Assembly: GCA_020536535.1 (NCBI GenBank)
Contig: JAHLWZ010000531.1
Span: 1 to 43,575, forward strand
DNA: 43,575 nt
Reading direction: 5' to 3'
Source: Pelomyxa schiedti
Lineage: Eukaryota; Protista; Evosea
Part shown: one piece after another, positions 1-9,905 of the stretch
Position numbering within the stretch: position 1 is the stretch's first letter
Layout of the letters: each line of letters begins with the position of its first letter
The notes under the pieces: generated by a model
What the model was told of the DNA's origin: nothing
Databases searched by the model: none
What the model saw: the letters and a program-made list of their open reading frames with translations, nothing else
Position numbers and translations under genes: made by a program

Positions 1-117
1 GACTCCGCCCATGAACTGCGCAAATGGCACCGACGAGAAAACATTGGGCAATGCACCACCTGCACCCGCCACAGCAAGATTCAGATCCACGCTGCCACCG
101 CCCACGACACCGGCCAT
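1..117 (-). CDS. First exon of a second copy of the PQ-loop transporter gene (runs off the window start)
   Basis: Matches 30217-30333, which encodes MAGVVGGGSVDLNLAVAGAGGALPNVFSSVPFAQFMGGV; ATG at 117. Confidence 0.65.
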   Translation of the reverse strand, partial: MAGVVGGGSVDLNLAVAGAGGALPNVFSSVPFAQFMGGV

Positions 118-246
118 TGATTGATGCGACCAAAAAAATTAAGATTCAAAGAATGAAGCAGGAAATGCATTTCGTTATGCCTCCAGGCTCCCTAAAAATA
201 ATGGGTGGTGATGACAAAACAAAAAGCACACCTCCTTCTTGAGGAA

Positions 247-1147
247 TCACGGGGCGGCGGCCACGTGGATGACGCCAACGTGGGCGGTGTCGTTGGTTTT
301 ATCTAGTAACACACTGACGTGGCCCAGGGTACTCTGGCTGGGCCTGTCAAAATCTGACATCACAACAACACTGGCACACACTGTCCCTCTGTTGGTTTGT
401 TTGTTTGTTTGTTTGTTTGTTTGTTTGTTTGTTTGTGGTTAGCAGTGACGGATAGAGAAGATTATGTAAGAGAAGATAGCAGTAGATAGGGTGGATCACG
501 GCACGCACATGGGGTCCGGGGTGTGATACAACCGAACGTCGATGGAATAGTCTCCGGGTGGGGCTTGTTTGATCTGAAGGGCCGGGGGTGAATTGTGGGA
601 AAGTATTTCGGTGACGATACCATCCATTCAACAGGGCCATAGCCTCGCGAAAAATTCCGGGATAAAAGTCCTTGTAGGAAGTAATTAATGGTGGTGGTTA
701 GGTGTGGATTGTTGGAACACTAAATTGGGTGAGTCTTACCTCCAAACCTACTGTGATTGTGAAAGGAGTTGGACTTTTCCCCTGAGGGTTCAGTGATAAT
801 AAGCTCCACATCTGTGAATGATTAGGTTGAGTTGCCTTATTTGCGGGTGTTTTGGGAAAGAAAAAAAAGGTGGACCTGATAAGTCTGTGTCCCAGGTCAA
901 AACGCACCTGAGGTCAACATCAACTGGCGCAATAACGCGGGAGTCAAGGTTGATTCCAATACTTGCCATCAACCTTAGTAGCGGTGTGAGAAGTCACTTG
1001 GGGAGAGAGTGTACCCTTTAGACTCGGCAAGGTGAATGATGGAATTCAACTCCTTTCACAGAATTAGAAGTTGCTACTCCACGAATGGCTTACCATTAAC
1101 GCCACAATTTCAATTTGCTCAAAGCGGACATCCCAATTTCCATCAAT
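247..1147 (-). CDS. 3' exons of a second copy of the VIT/DUF2135 gene (truncated by gap)
   Basis: Encodes IDGNWDVRFEQIEIVALM, DVDLRCVLTWDTD, SRGYGPVEWM, IKQAPPGDYSIDVRLYH and ...HVGVIHVAAAP* (TGA 249-247), with GT/AG sites retained. Confidence 0.75.
396..436 (+). repeat. (TTTG)n microsatellite in an intron
   Basis: About ten TTTG units; much shorter and interrupted in the other copy near 30780. Confidence 0.9.
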
Positions 1148-1247
1148 NNNNNNNNNNNNNNNNNNNNNNNNNNNNNNNNNNNNNNNNNNNNNNNNNNNNN
1201 NNNNNNNNNNNNNNNNNNNNNNNNNNNNNNNNNNNNNNNNNNNNNNN
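1148..1247. other. Assembly gap (100 N)
   Basis: N run; the two flanks do not overlap. Confidence 0.99.
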
Positions 1248-2095
1248 CGCAGGCGGTTCACACTCCTCAGGCTGTGCAGGGGAAAAAGTTGGAACCTCAG
1301 AGGTGCTTAAGGAAGAATTTGTGGCAGTTGTCTTTGAATTCTCCAAGATCACGGCGTACTTCTTACGGTGTTGCTTGTTCTTTTTCAGCAGTGCAGCCGG
1401 ACTTTTGATATGCGATTTGGAGGATGCAGTAGTTGTAGTACGCGGCTTGGAATGTTGTGGTTGCAATGAATGGGAGCCGGCATAGCGTCCTCTTTTTCTT
1501 TCTGGTTTATGATAAGATTTCTGCCGAGAAAAGTCAATACCTTGGTGCCCCTCACTCGGGTGTTGTATAACTGTGTGATCAGCCTCATGACTGGAATCGC
1601 ACGATGCAGTAATGGGAGTTGAGCTCTTTGGAACGGCACAAGAGTTATGACAGAATGAAAAAAGAAGAATAGGCAATATACAAAAGGAGGAGGAACCTCG
1701 AGTCACTACCATGCTCAGAGAGGGAAATAAAATCGTCCTCGGTGCTTGAATTTGTGGAAGTTGGTGGGATCGATATCGAGATGTGTTCTTGCGTCATGAT
1801 TCCCACCGCGTGCTCAGTCCCATTTCCATTATCGCTGTTTTCCGAAGCAGATGTAACGGCATTATTAGATGCCGTCGATGTCCCATAAGCAGTCGATGCG
1901 CCCGTCAGATGCCCTTCTTTCTTCATCTGGCTTGCAAAGCAAAGAGAGTGGTGCAGCACCGACCAAGGAAAATTCCAATAGATAAAACACCAAAGACCAA
2001 ACCTGAGGGTCGACAACGTTGGGAAACGTCCAAGGTCGACGGCCCGATCTATCGGGGGTGGACCAGAAGTAGATGGGCCCCGTTGAGCGGTGCAA
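1248..2095 (-). CDS. Possible spliced hypothetical Ser/Thr-rich protein, truncated by gap
   Basis: ORFs 1865-2095, 1645-2016 and 1143-1712 can be joined by phase-compatible GT-AG introns (VDPQ|MKKEG; DSS|STPIT). No recognisable domain. Confidence 0.3.
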
Positions 2096-2417
2096 TGCTA
2101 AACAGAAGTATACAAAACTGAACTAGTTCCCGGAATACATTTCACCATGTCTGACAGTGAACAGACAAACTCAACATCAACTTTCCTATCCTGTCACGAT
2201 GTTGACGGCGAGCCATCGATTTGGTGATTTGCGTCCCCAGCAGGTTTTCTTGGCAAGGAGTCAGAAATTTCACAGCCCAAGTTGGTCACTCGGTGGCGGT
2301 TGGGGAGACGCCACCATGAATTCGTTCCGTCGGCTGTTTTTATTCTAAAAACTTGATGTCCAATGCTGGAAGGACAAAGAACTCATTGTTGGATGGATTT
2401 TATTGATTGATGTGGTT

Positions 2418-3665
2418 TTAAGGGGAGCCAAAGAGAGGGAAAGAGAAGTGGTGTGTAACATACACCAAGGGTCTGAACAAATTGAATGTGACGACGTGGG
2501 AACCAGAGGACTCTTCAGTCACGTGCACCTCTTTGCGGGATTCACTCATCTGAAACAGAAGGCCACCTTCAACAAAAGCTTGGTCAGTCATGCAGCCACT
2601 CTGTAGAGTATGTCTCCTCGCTGGATTCGTTCCCTCATTCAAATCATACACATAGTATTCATCTGTGTCAGCCGAGAATACGCAGAATTGTGACTGGGTC
2701 AGCTGTGACACATGAAAATTGCCAGCGACTACAATTTGTGACTCACCATTTCGCCCAGCAGTTGTGAGGAAGCTATTGGGACCAGGAGTATCTGTTTGCT
2801 CAATCAAGAAAGATTGAGCAGCGTCACTCCTTCTCCTGAAAGCAAAGTAAGAAGCATCTTCCAGACAAAATCGTGTTGAAAATGCAGGCAGGTTGTCCTT
2901 TCTTATAACAGCTGAACTCAGCACCTCCAGTTTGCCTGATGCACAGGTTTTCTCAAGGTCAACAAGTGCAATCTCAGAACAAGTGGGCTTGTAACTGTGA
3001 TCATGGTCATGAAGTAGCAGATAATTTTCGTTGAAGCTCACAAACTCAGAGCCACAGTATTTCCACCTTGTTTGAACAACAGTTGGCTTCTTGATCTTGA
3101 TCGTGGCTGTTACACCCATCACTCTGTTCTTGCGTGGTACCTCAACAACAACCATCTCGCTGTGATGACACAGAACAAGCCACTTTCCGTTTGTGCTGGA
3201 GTAATCCCAGTCCCAGTTAAATGCATCAAACAGTGGCACCCTCTGCCCCGTGGCCCTGTCTTGCAGGCAAAGAAATTGCCTTTTCACCAGCACGAGGAAG
3301 TCCACACTTGCACCCAACAACATGAAATCATCCCCTTCCGCCCACCACGCCATCTCATGCGTCAGTGTAAGAAGCAACGATGAGACACCAAACGAGATCA
3401 TCACATCGCGGTCTTCGTTGAACCACTTGGCACAGTAGAACCTGGAGTTGTCCATCAGCCACGACCACACAAGCCGAACGACCAGACTCCCGTCGGACGC
3501 GCTGCATCCCACAATCGACAGCCAGCACCCAGCGCCGCACCTGCGGTGTGTGCCAGCCAGCAGCGCACCAACTTGGTCTCTCGCGGTGGAAAGCAGGTCA
3601 GGAGTGCTGTGGAAGGAGGCCGGTGTAGCGGTCACAGCGACGCCGAGGCGGCGGCGCCTTGTCAT
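2418..3665 (-). CDS. Orphan ARDQ-superfamily protein, subtype A (A1), intronless
   Basis: 415-aa ORF; ARDQVGALLAGTHRRCG, NGKWLVLC, LVDLEKTCASGKL and GGLLFQ...HVVTFNLF motifs shared with 8443-9750 and 41059-43548. Confidence 0.85.
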   Translation of the reverse strand: MTRRRRLGVAVTATPASFHSTPDLLSTARDQVGALLAGTHRRCGAGCWLSIVGCSASDGSLVVRLVWSWLMDNSRFYCAKWFNEDRDVMISFGVSSLLLTLTHEMAWWAEGDDFMLLGASVDFLVLVKRQFLCLQDRATGQRVPLFDAFNWDWDYSSTNGKWLVLCHHSEMVVVEVPRKNRVMGVTATIKIKKPTVVQTRWKYCGSEFVSFNENYLLLHDHDHSYKPTCSEIALVDLEKTCASGKLEVLSSAVIRKDNLPAFSTRFCLEDASYFAFRRRSDAAQSFLIEQTDTPGPNSFLTTAGRNGESQIVVAGNFHVSQLTQSQFCVFSADTDEYYVYDLNEGTNPARRHTLQSGCMTDQAFVEGGLLFQMSESRKEVHVTEESSGSHVVTFNLFRPLVYVTHHFSFPLFGSP

Positions 3666-3978
3666 TGTTGTTGCCGGCTGCTGTTGTTAGGCTTCCATTG
3701 TGAAGTGAGGTGACCTGAATTTTGTATTCGAATCACGCTGGAGTGTCACACATTGCATAGGAATAAGGCGGGGACATTTGGCAAAAAATAAAATAATGAA
3801 TGAAATCTACGCCGGCACTGTGAACTCGATGATACAAGCATTGGAACAAAACGGGCAAAAACGTTCAACGTTTGCAAAAAAAACATTTCCCGGCTGCGGG
3901 GTCCGAGGCCGAGTGCAGCATTGTCAATTTCCCAGATGGATCAGGATGATTTCTCGGAAAAGGTACCACTTTGTCCCA

Positions 3979-5307
3979 ATGACAAGCAACCCAACCGATG
4001 ACGACTACGTTGTGAGCTCGATGTTGCACGCCCGGGACCAAATCAGGGCGCTGGTGCACGTGCCCTCGTTCGGACACGCCGTCGGCCGCGCGGTGTGGGA
4101 CCTCGTCAGGGACACCGCCACAACGTTCGTGCTGCGGATCACGGGGTACACATCGACGACAAGCGACGACGAGACCGAGGAGGAGGAGGAGGAGGAGGAG
4201 GAGGAGACCTACACCTGCGCGGGCAGCATGTTCACCCGCGGCTGCGTGAGGCTCTCGCGGCTGCTGGGGAGTGTGGTGGGCGAGCTCGAGCCAAGGTGGC
4301 AAGATAGGGACCGGCGCCTCTCGTGGGTGAGCGCAAGGGTGTTTGTGGGGTGGGACAGGGAGGGGGGCGACGGATTTTCGTGGTACCTGCAAGACGCGTG
4401 CAAAATGTATTATGATGGGACGGGGTTCCGGGCGATCGGTGATGATCCTGCTGGGTTCAGCACCCAGTTCCATGCTGCCAATGGAAAGTGGTTTGTGAGG
4501 TGTGGCGACCGCCCGACGTCAGACGGAAGTGGCCTAGAGTGGGTGATGCTCACACAGCGCTTGAATGTGTGGAATGAGTTGGAGACTGGAAGGTGTGAGT
4601 TTGGCGGTGGGAGTGTGACCACAGTGGTGATTCCTGAATCTGTTGCCAGGAGGGTGAGTGGTGAGTTGCGGTTTGTGCCCTCAAGGCCAGATGAAATGCT
4701 GTTTGCAGTGATCAGCCCAAAGGATTCCGCAGCTTCGTTCCTTGTTGTTGATGTGGAGAGCACCCACACCAGTGGAACTCTGAGAATCCTCAGCACCACA
4801 CCTTGCCTCAAGTGTGTTCTCAGTGTGTTTCCAATGAGGAGGAATGACGGGGCCCTCTCTTTCATCACTGATGAAGTGGGGACTGGTTCATTTCAGGTGG
4901 AAGAATCCACAGGTGTTGTAGTGCAGCTCCCGAACTGCCGCTTCTGGAAGGAAGCTCAGAGGAACTTCCACCCTTTGAGTTCCTCTGAGTTTTTCAGTGA
5001 TGAAATTGCTCAAGTGAATGGTTCTTTGAATGTGCCAATCTGGAACTGCAACGACAGAAGCCAAACACCATCAAGATTCGTCAAGTTGCCCACCACCGCA
5101 ACAGCAGTAACCGGTGCCAACACTCTTGATGCGAGCCACGAAGTCACAGGGTCCCATGGATTCCTGTTTCATGTGGACCGTGCTCAATTCCGCATCACCG
5201 TGATTGACGCCTCCACCACATCCACGTGCACCACCCACCCCCCGCCACTCGTTCTTTCATTTCCCTTGTGGGATGACCTCACCCTCTCGATTGACTTCCC
5301 CTCATGA
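3979..5307 (+). CDS. Orphan ARDQ-superfamily protein, subtype B (B1), intronless
   Basis: ATG 3979 chosen because paralog B3 starts identically (MTSNPTDDDYVVSSMLHARDQ); the upstream ORF extension is not conserved. Confidence 0.85.
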   Translation: MTSNPTDDDYVVSSMLHARDQIRALVHVPSFGHAVGRAVWDLVRDTATTFVLRITGYTSTTSDDETEEEEEEEEEETYTCAGSMFTRGCVRLSRLLGSVVGELEPRWQDRDRRLSWVSARVFVGWDREGGDGFSWYLQDACKMYYDGTGFRAIGDDPAGFSTQFHAANGKWFVRCGDRPTSDGSGLEWVMLTQRLNVWNELETGRCEFGGGSVTTVVIPESVARRVSGELRFVPSRPDEMLFAVISPKDSAASFLVVDVESTHTSGTLRILSTTPCLKCVLSVFPMRRNDGALSFITDEVGTGSFQVEESTGVVVQLPNCRFWKEAQRNFHPLSSSEFFSDEIAQVNGSLNVPIWNCNDRSQTPSRFVKLPTTATAVTGANTLDASHEVTGSHGFLFHVDRAQFRITVIDASTTSTCTTHPPPLVLSFPLWDDLTLSIDFPS

Positions 5308-5315
5308 CCATCATA

Positions 5316-6848
5316 CACCGGGGGGGGGAGTCAAGTGAGAAAAACAGAATTTTTTAGTGAGCAAGGCAGGGTGAAGCGGCCCGATTTTACCGGGATTTGT
5401 TGATGTTTTGTGCCGCGGGGCGGTTGTCTTCTTCGCCACAACTTGTTATTATTTTATTTATCGGATAAATATTGTGTTTTGAATTTTATTATTTAACGAA
5501 TTTATTTTTAAATAATTATAATGTATTAACGTCTTTATTATAGTAAAATTATTAATTATTAAATAAGTATAATTACGCCTCCAGTTCTTTTTTCCATTCA
5601 ACCTGTATTAGAAGTCTCCGCATTACACCAGTATTTACGGTAGCTTTCCACCAGTATGTGGCTTCTTCTTTCTTCGTTTTCTCACGTAGGATAATTTAGG
5701 TGCTGGACGCGGTGTCTGTAATCCCAGCTGGCTAGGTAACTTCCTTCTGTATTTTATTATACTGGCACGTGGTATGGCTCTTTTTTTTTTTTTACAGCTG
5801 CGCCAGCTGCTGAGATGGCAACCACCAACGCTCATCCCTCCTCCCTCGTCACCCCACTCAACGTACTGGGTACCAGAATGGGCACAACTCCCCATCCTCA
5901 CCTCACACCCTATGTACAAGCCTGAAGTCGAAATCGACGTCAGGCAAAAAAAAAAGTTTTCCACCCTTAAGTCCTTGGATACAAAATCGTGCCACGTTTT
6001 TTTAAATCCACATTTTGAGAAGTGGGCGTTGTGGGTACGCATGAGAGTGAAAGAGTAAGAAGGGAAATTTGGTTGTGCACCCGTCACAGTAAAGTGTGGT
6101 AGTTGGAAAGCGGAAAAGCGGGAGAGTGGGTTAGGGAAGTTGGGGCTGGTCAGTCCGGTACCTACAACTGTTCAGCAATTACAAAAAAGGAGAAGGATGT
6201 ACGTCGGTGGTTGTCATGTCAGCAGCGGCAGGCAAGTTGACCACCTAAGTGTAAAAAAAAAAAAAAAAAAAAAAAAGCATACCAGTGTCCCAGCGCTATG
6301 GGAAAAAGAAAACAAAGAAACAAGAAGCCACATACCAGTGGAAGGCTCGGAAATACATTAAAGGGGTGCGGCAATGCTGTAGGCCTTATTACAAGGCAAA
6401 AGTAATAATAAATAATTAATTAATAAATAAAATATATATTAAATATTTAATAGATATATAAATTAATTTAATTGATTCAGAAATAAAACAATTAATATTA
6501 GATGGAACGACGTGATGGAAGAGACAAGGCGGGTCCGCTTGTTCCTCTTCACGCCACTGGTGGCATGGTCTCCCCTCGTAGCAGCGATTTTTTTGATGGT
6601 AGTGGAGATAAACAAAGAGGCAAGTCACTGCACAGTCTCCACAACCCCAAACATGCCATTTATGTCAAGGCCGCGCAGCCGCGGCGAGACCCGATTCGAC
6701 GAACACACACGCCGCGCTGCCGCCGCGGCGCCGCGGCAACCGCCCCGCGGCACCAAACATCAACAAATCCCGGTAAAATCGGGCCGCTTCACCCTGCCTT
6801 TGCTCACTAAAAAATTCTGTTTTTCTCACTTGACTCGCCCCCCCGGTG
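5316..6848. mobile_element. Non-autonomous TIR/foldback DNA element, about 1.53 kb, TA on both sides
   Basis: 5316-5426 is the reverse complement of 6737-6848 with few differences; ends TA|CACCGG...CCGGTG|TA; inner inverted arms 5631-5682/6307-6356 and 5771-5844/6189-6283; no transposase ORF. Confidence 0.85.
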
Positions 6849-6871
6849 TACTGCCAACGCAGAACAACAAT

Positions 6872-8350
6872 ATGACCTACGCGGTAACGGCGCAATTGAG
6901 TGCTCGGGACCAAATCAGGGCGCTGTCGCACGTGCCCACGTTCGGCCACGTCGTCGGGCGCGCGGTGTGGGACCTCGTCGGGGACACGGCCGCCGCGCTG
7001 GTGCTGCACGCGAGGGGCAGGACCGCCCCCGGGCGGCAGGGCCCCGTGGAGGAAGCGTGCGTGTCGGTGAGGGTGTCGCGGCTCCTGGGGAGCGTGGTGG
7101 GGCGCGGCCCCGAGGGCAGGTGCGCGGGCACGGCGGTGTGCAGCTGGGTCAGCGACGCGGTGTTCGTGGAGAAGGACTGGGAGTGGTGGGACAAGAGCGC
7201 GGCGGAGGAGGAGGCGCAAAGAAGGCAGCGGGGGGGGGAAGACACCGGGGGGGCCAGCGGGTGGTGGGAGCCGCCGGGGCAGCAGGGGGGGCGCCCGCCC
7301 AGCCTTGTGTGGTATTTGTGGCGTGATGATCATGCTGGGAGTGCTGGTGGCCGTGGTGGTGGTGTTGGTGGTGGTGTTGGTGGTGGTGTTGTTGGTGGTG
7401 TTGTTGGTGGTGTTGTTGGTGGTGGTGGCGACGGTGGCTTTTGCGGTTGTGGTGGGACTGTGGTGGAGGGAGCGAAGAGGATTGGAATCATTGATAGGAA
7501 TCCCCAGGGGTTTGTTGTGGCGTGTGATTGTGTGAATGAGAAATGGTTTGTGAGGTGCGGTGACTTATTTCCTGTGGGTGGTGATGGTGGTACCGCAGGA
7601 TTGGTACTGCTTACCCAGCACTTGGATGTGGAACATGCAGTCTTGGAGACTGGAGGGCGTGAGTCACGTGGTGGGCCGGTCATCACAGCTGTTGCGATTC
7701 CAGCATCCGATGAGTTGAACTATGTTGTGAGTGATTTGAGGTTTGTACCATCAAGGCCTGACGAACTGCTGCTGGCTGTAACCCTGTACCCAAATGAAAA
7801 AACAACACCAACGTTCTTCATCGTTGATGTTGAGGGCACACATGCGAGTGGAACTCTGAGGGTTCTCAGTGTCACACATTCCCAGATTGACCTCCCTGGA
7901 TTCTTGGGATTATTCTCTGTGTTTCCAATGAGAAGGAGTGATGGTGGTCTCTATTTCATCACTGCAGTGGAGTACCAATGGTATGAGGTGGAAGAGTCGA
8001 CAGGTTTTTCAAGGAAGCTCCCACAGGGTTCCTTCCACCCTTTGAGTTCCGTTGAGTACTTCAGTGATGAAATTGTCCAAGAGGACAACAACCAGAAAGT
8101 GCCCATCTGGGAATGTGACAACAGGAGCCCAACTCCTTCGAGATTGATCAAAGTACCCCACACAACTGCCAGCACAAAAGCGGATTGTGAGGAGGAACCA
8201 ACAGTCAAAGGGTCACAAGGGTTCCTGTTTCATGTCGATCCCGTTAGTTCGAGTATCACTGTGATTGACTCTGACACTGGCGCTCATGTACTTGTTTTTT
8301 CATTTCCCTTGTGGTCGAACCTCTCTCTCTCAATTGACTATTCTGCTTGA
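6872..8350 (+). CDS. Orphan ARDQ-superfamily protein, subtype B (B2), with Gly-rich insertion
   Basis: MTYAVTAQLSARDQIRALSHVPTFGHVVGRAVWDLV; NEKWFVRC and GFLFHVD motifs; (GGT/GTT)n tract at about 7345-7430. Confidence 0.85.
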   Translation: MTYAVTAQLSARDQIRALSHVPTFGHVVGRAVWDLVGDTAAALVLHARGRTAPGRQGPVEEACVSVRVSRLLGSVVGRGPEGRCAGTAVCSWVSDAVFVEKDWEWWDKSAAEEEAQRRQRGGEDTGGASGWWEPPGQQGGRPPSLVWYLWRDDHAGSAGGRGGGVGGGVGGGVVGGVVGGVVGGGGDGGFCGCGGTVVEGAKRIGIIDRNPQGFVVACDCVNEKWFVRCGDLFPVGGDGGTAGLVLLTQHLDVEHAVLETGGRESRGGPVITAVAIPASDELNYVVSDLRFVPSRPDELLLAVTLYPNEKTTPTFFIVDVEGTHASGTLRVLSVTHSQIDLPGFLGLFSVFPMRRSDGGLYFITAVEYQWYEVEESTGFSRKLPQGSFHPLSSVEYFSDEIVQEDNNQKVPIWECDNRSPTPSRLIKVPHTTASTKADCEEEPTVKGSQGFLFHVDPVSSSITVIDSDTGAHVLVFSFPLWSNLSLSIDYSA

Positions 8351-8442
8351 CCTAAAAAAGCACATTCCGAAACAAGACCAACACCTCTTTGCTTTAAGTG
8401 ATTCAAAAAAAAAAAACATGCTGCTGAAAACTTTGTTAGATG

Positions 8443-9750
8443 TTAATTGGCGCTGGAGAGAGGGAAAGAGCAATGGTGTGTCACGTCCACCAAGGGTCTG
8501 AACAAATTGAAGGTGATGACGTGGGAACCAGAGGATTCCTCTGTCACGTGCATCTCTTTGCTGGATGCACTCATCTGGAACAAAAGGCCACCTTCAAAGA
8601 AAGCATGGTCATCCAAGGTGGAACCACCCATGGGCATTTTCTGTGTACTGAATGGCTTGGTTGTGTCACTCACATCCCACACTTCGTATTGATCACTGCA
8701 GGGGTCAAAAGTGCAGAACTGTGACTGGTTCAGAGGTAACACACGCAAGTATCGAGAGTCCCCCTGGAACGTTGGATGTGACTTTCCAGTTGCCCCCTCA
8801 ATTGTTATGTAGCAACTCGAAGGGGTAAAATCATCATCAGAGTCGTCCCCATTCCCACCATTCCCCACAACAAAATAGTAAGCATCACTCTGTGTGTGGA
8901 AAGCGAGGCAAGAACCATACAGACCAAGTCGCGAAAATTGAGGAGGCAGATCACCAACTCTTATTACAGTTGAACTCAGCACAGCCAGTTTGCCTGATGC
9001 ACAGGTTTGCGCCAGGTCAACCAATATAATCCCACAAAAATTTTGATTTTGGTCATCAACTTGTTGGCAGTCAAGTAGAACGCAATCTTCGTTGATATCT
9101 GTAAACTGTGGGAGATGAGAATTCCACCCACCCCCAATTTGCACAACAACGGGCTTCTTGATCGCGGTTGTTCCGCCCACCGGTGTGCTCTTTCTTGGAA
9201 TCTCAACAACAGCCATCCTCTGGTTGGTATTATCACACAGCAACAACCACTTCCCATTCGAACTTGTCTGGTCCCACTCTTTTCCACCATCGAGAAGAAG
9301 TGATGCCTGACCTGTGGCCCTGTCCTGCAGGCATAACAGCCATCCTCTTTCCAGAACAATGAAGTCCCGATTCGCACCATACACGCAATCATTCTCCCGC
9401 TCCCCCCACCACCTCATGTCGTGCGTCAGCGACAGAAGCACCAACGAAACACCAAACGTGATAATCACGGTTCCCCATTCTTCAGTCTCCCACTTGACGC
9501 AGTAGAACCTCGCTGTCTTGCTGTCCGACATGAGCCACCACCACACAACCCGAACAGCCAGCGCACCGTCGCCGATGCATCCCATGATCGACATCAGCCG
9601 CAGCGGGCACCGCGCCCCGCACCGAGGGTGACCACCGGCCGCAAGCGCGCCAACTTGGTCCCTCGCCGTCACTTGGGGCGTCGGCGCCCCCGCCACCGTG
9701 ACCGCCTTTCCGATGCGGCAGCGTCGTTGTGTTGTTGGTTGTCCTTCCAT
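8443..9750 (-). CDS. Orphan ARDQ-superfamily protein, subtype A (A2), intronless
   Basis: First ATG at 9750; ARDQVGALAAGGHPRCGARCPL motif; C-terminus alignable to A1. Confidence 0.85.
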   Translation of the reverse strand: MEGQPTTQRRCRIGKAVTVAGAPTPQVTARDQVGALAAGGHPRCGARCPLRLMSIMGCIGDGALAVRVVWWWLMSDSKTARFYCVKWETEEWGTVIITFGVSLVLLSLTHDMRWWGERENDCVYGANRDFIVLERGWLLCLQDRATGQASLLLDGGKEWDQTSSNGKWLLLCDNTNQRMAVVEIPRKSTPVGGTTAIKKPVVVQIGGGWNSHLPQFTDINEDCVLLDCQQVDDQNQNFCGIILVDLAQTCASGKLAVLSSTVIRVGDLPPQFSRLGLYGSCLAFHTQSDAYYFVVGNGGNGDDSDDDFTPSSCYITIEGATGKSHPTFQGDSRYLRVLPLNQSQFCTFDPCSDQYEVWDVSDTTKPFSTQKMPMGGSTLDDHAFFEGGLLFQMSASSKEMHVTEESSGSHVITFNLFRPLVDVTHHCSFPLSSAN

Positions 9751-9905
9751 TTTCCCCACGCGCTCTTCTGTTAGTCACAGGCTAAAAACTGAAAAACTTC
9801 CACTGTTTGTTGCAAAAAAAAGACAACTCCACCGGAAAGGCTAATTGGTAAAATTTGACTAGTTCCTCAGTGTTGTTCCGTGAATCAACTGAAAAAAAAA
9901 ACGCA

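Larger units (their letters stand above)
1..1147. repeat. Segmental duplicate of 30217-31513 (same orientation)
   Basis: Collinear match by eye; exons nearly identical, introns and intergenic DNA diverged, net 150 bp shorter. Ends at an N gap. Confidence 0.95.

Noticed and set aside
1248-2095. Post-gap sequence as the linker of the duplicated VIT gene
   Set aside because: No alignable similarity to 32020-33700, and no room for the VIT N-terminal half before A1.
3778-3978. N-terminal extensions of track ORFs (also 9855-9905, 36529-36570, 40706-40831)
   Set aside because: Begin at non-ATG codons and are not shared between paralogs; downstream ATGs fit better.
5635-6361. ORFs inside the foldback element as a transposase
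   Set aside because: Short, low-complexity, cross homopolymers, no DDE/D or HTH motifs.
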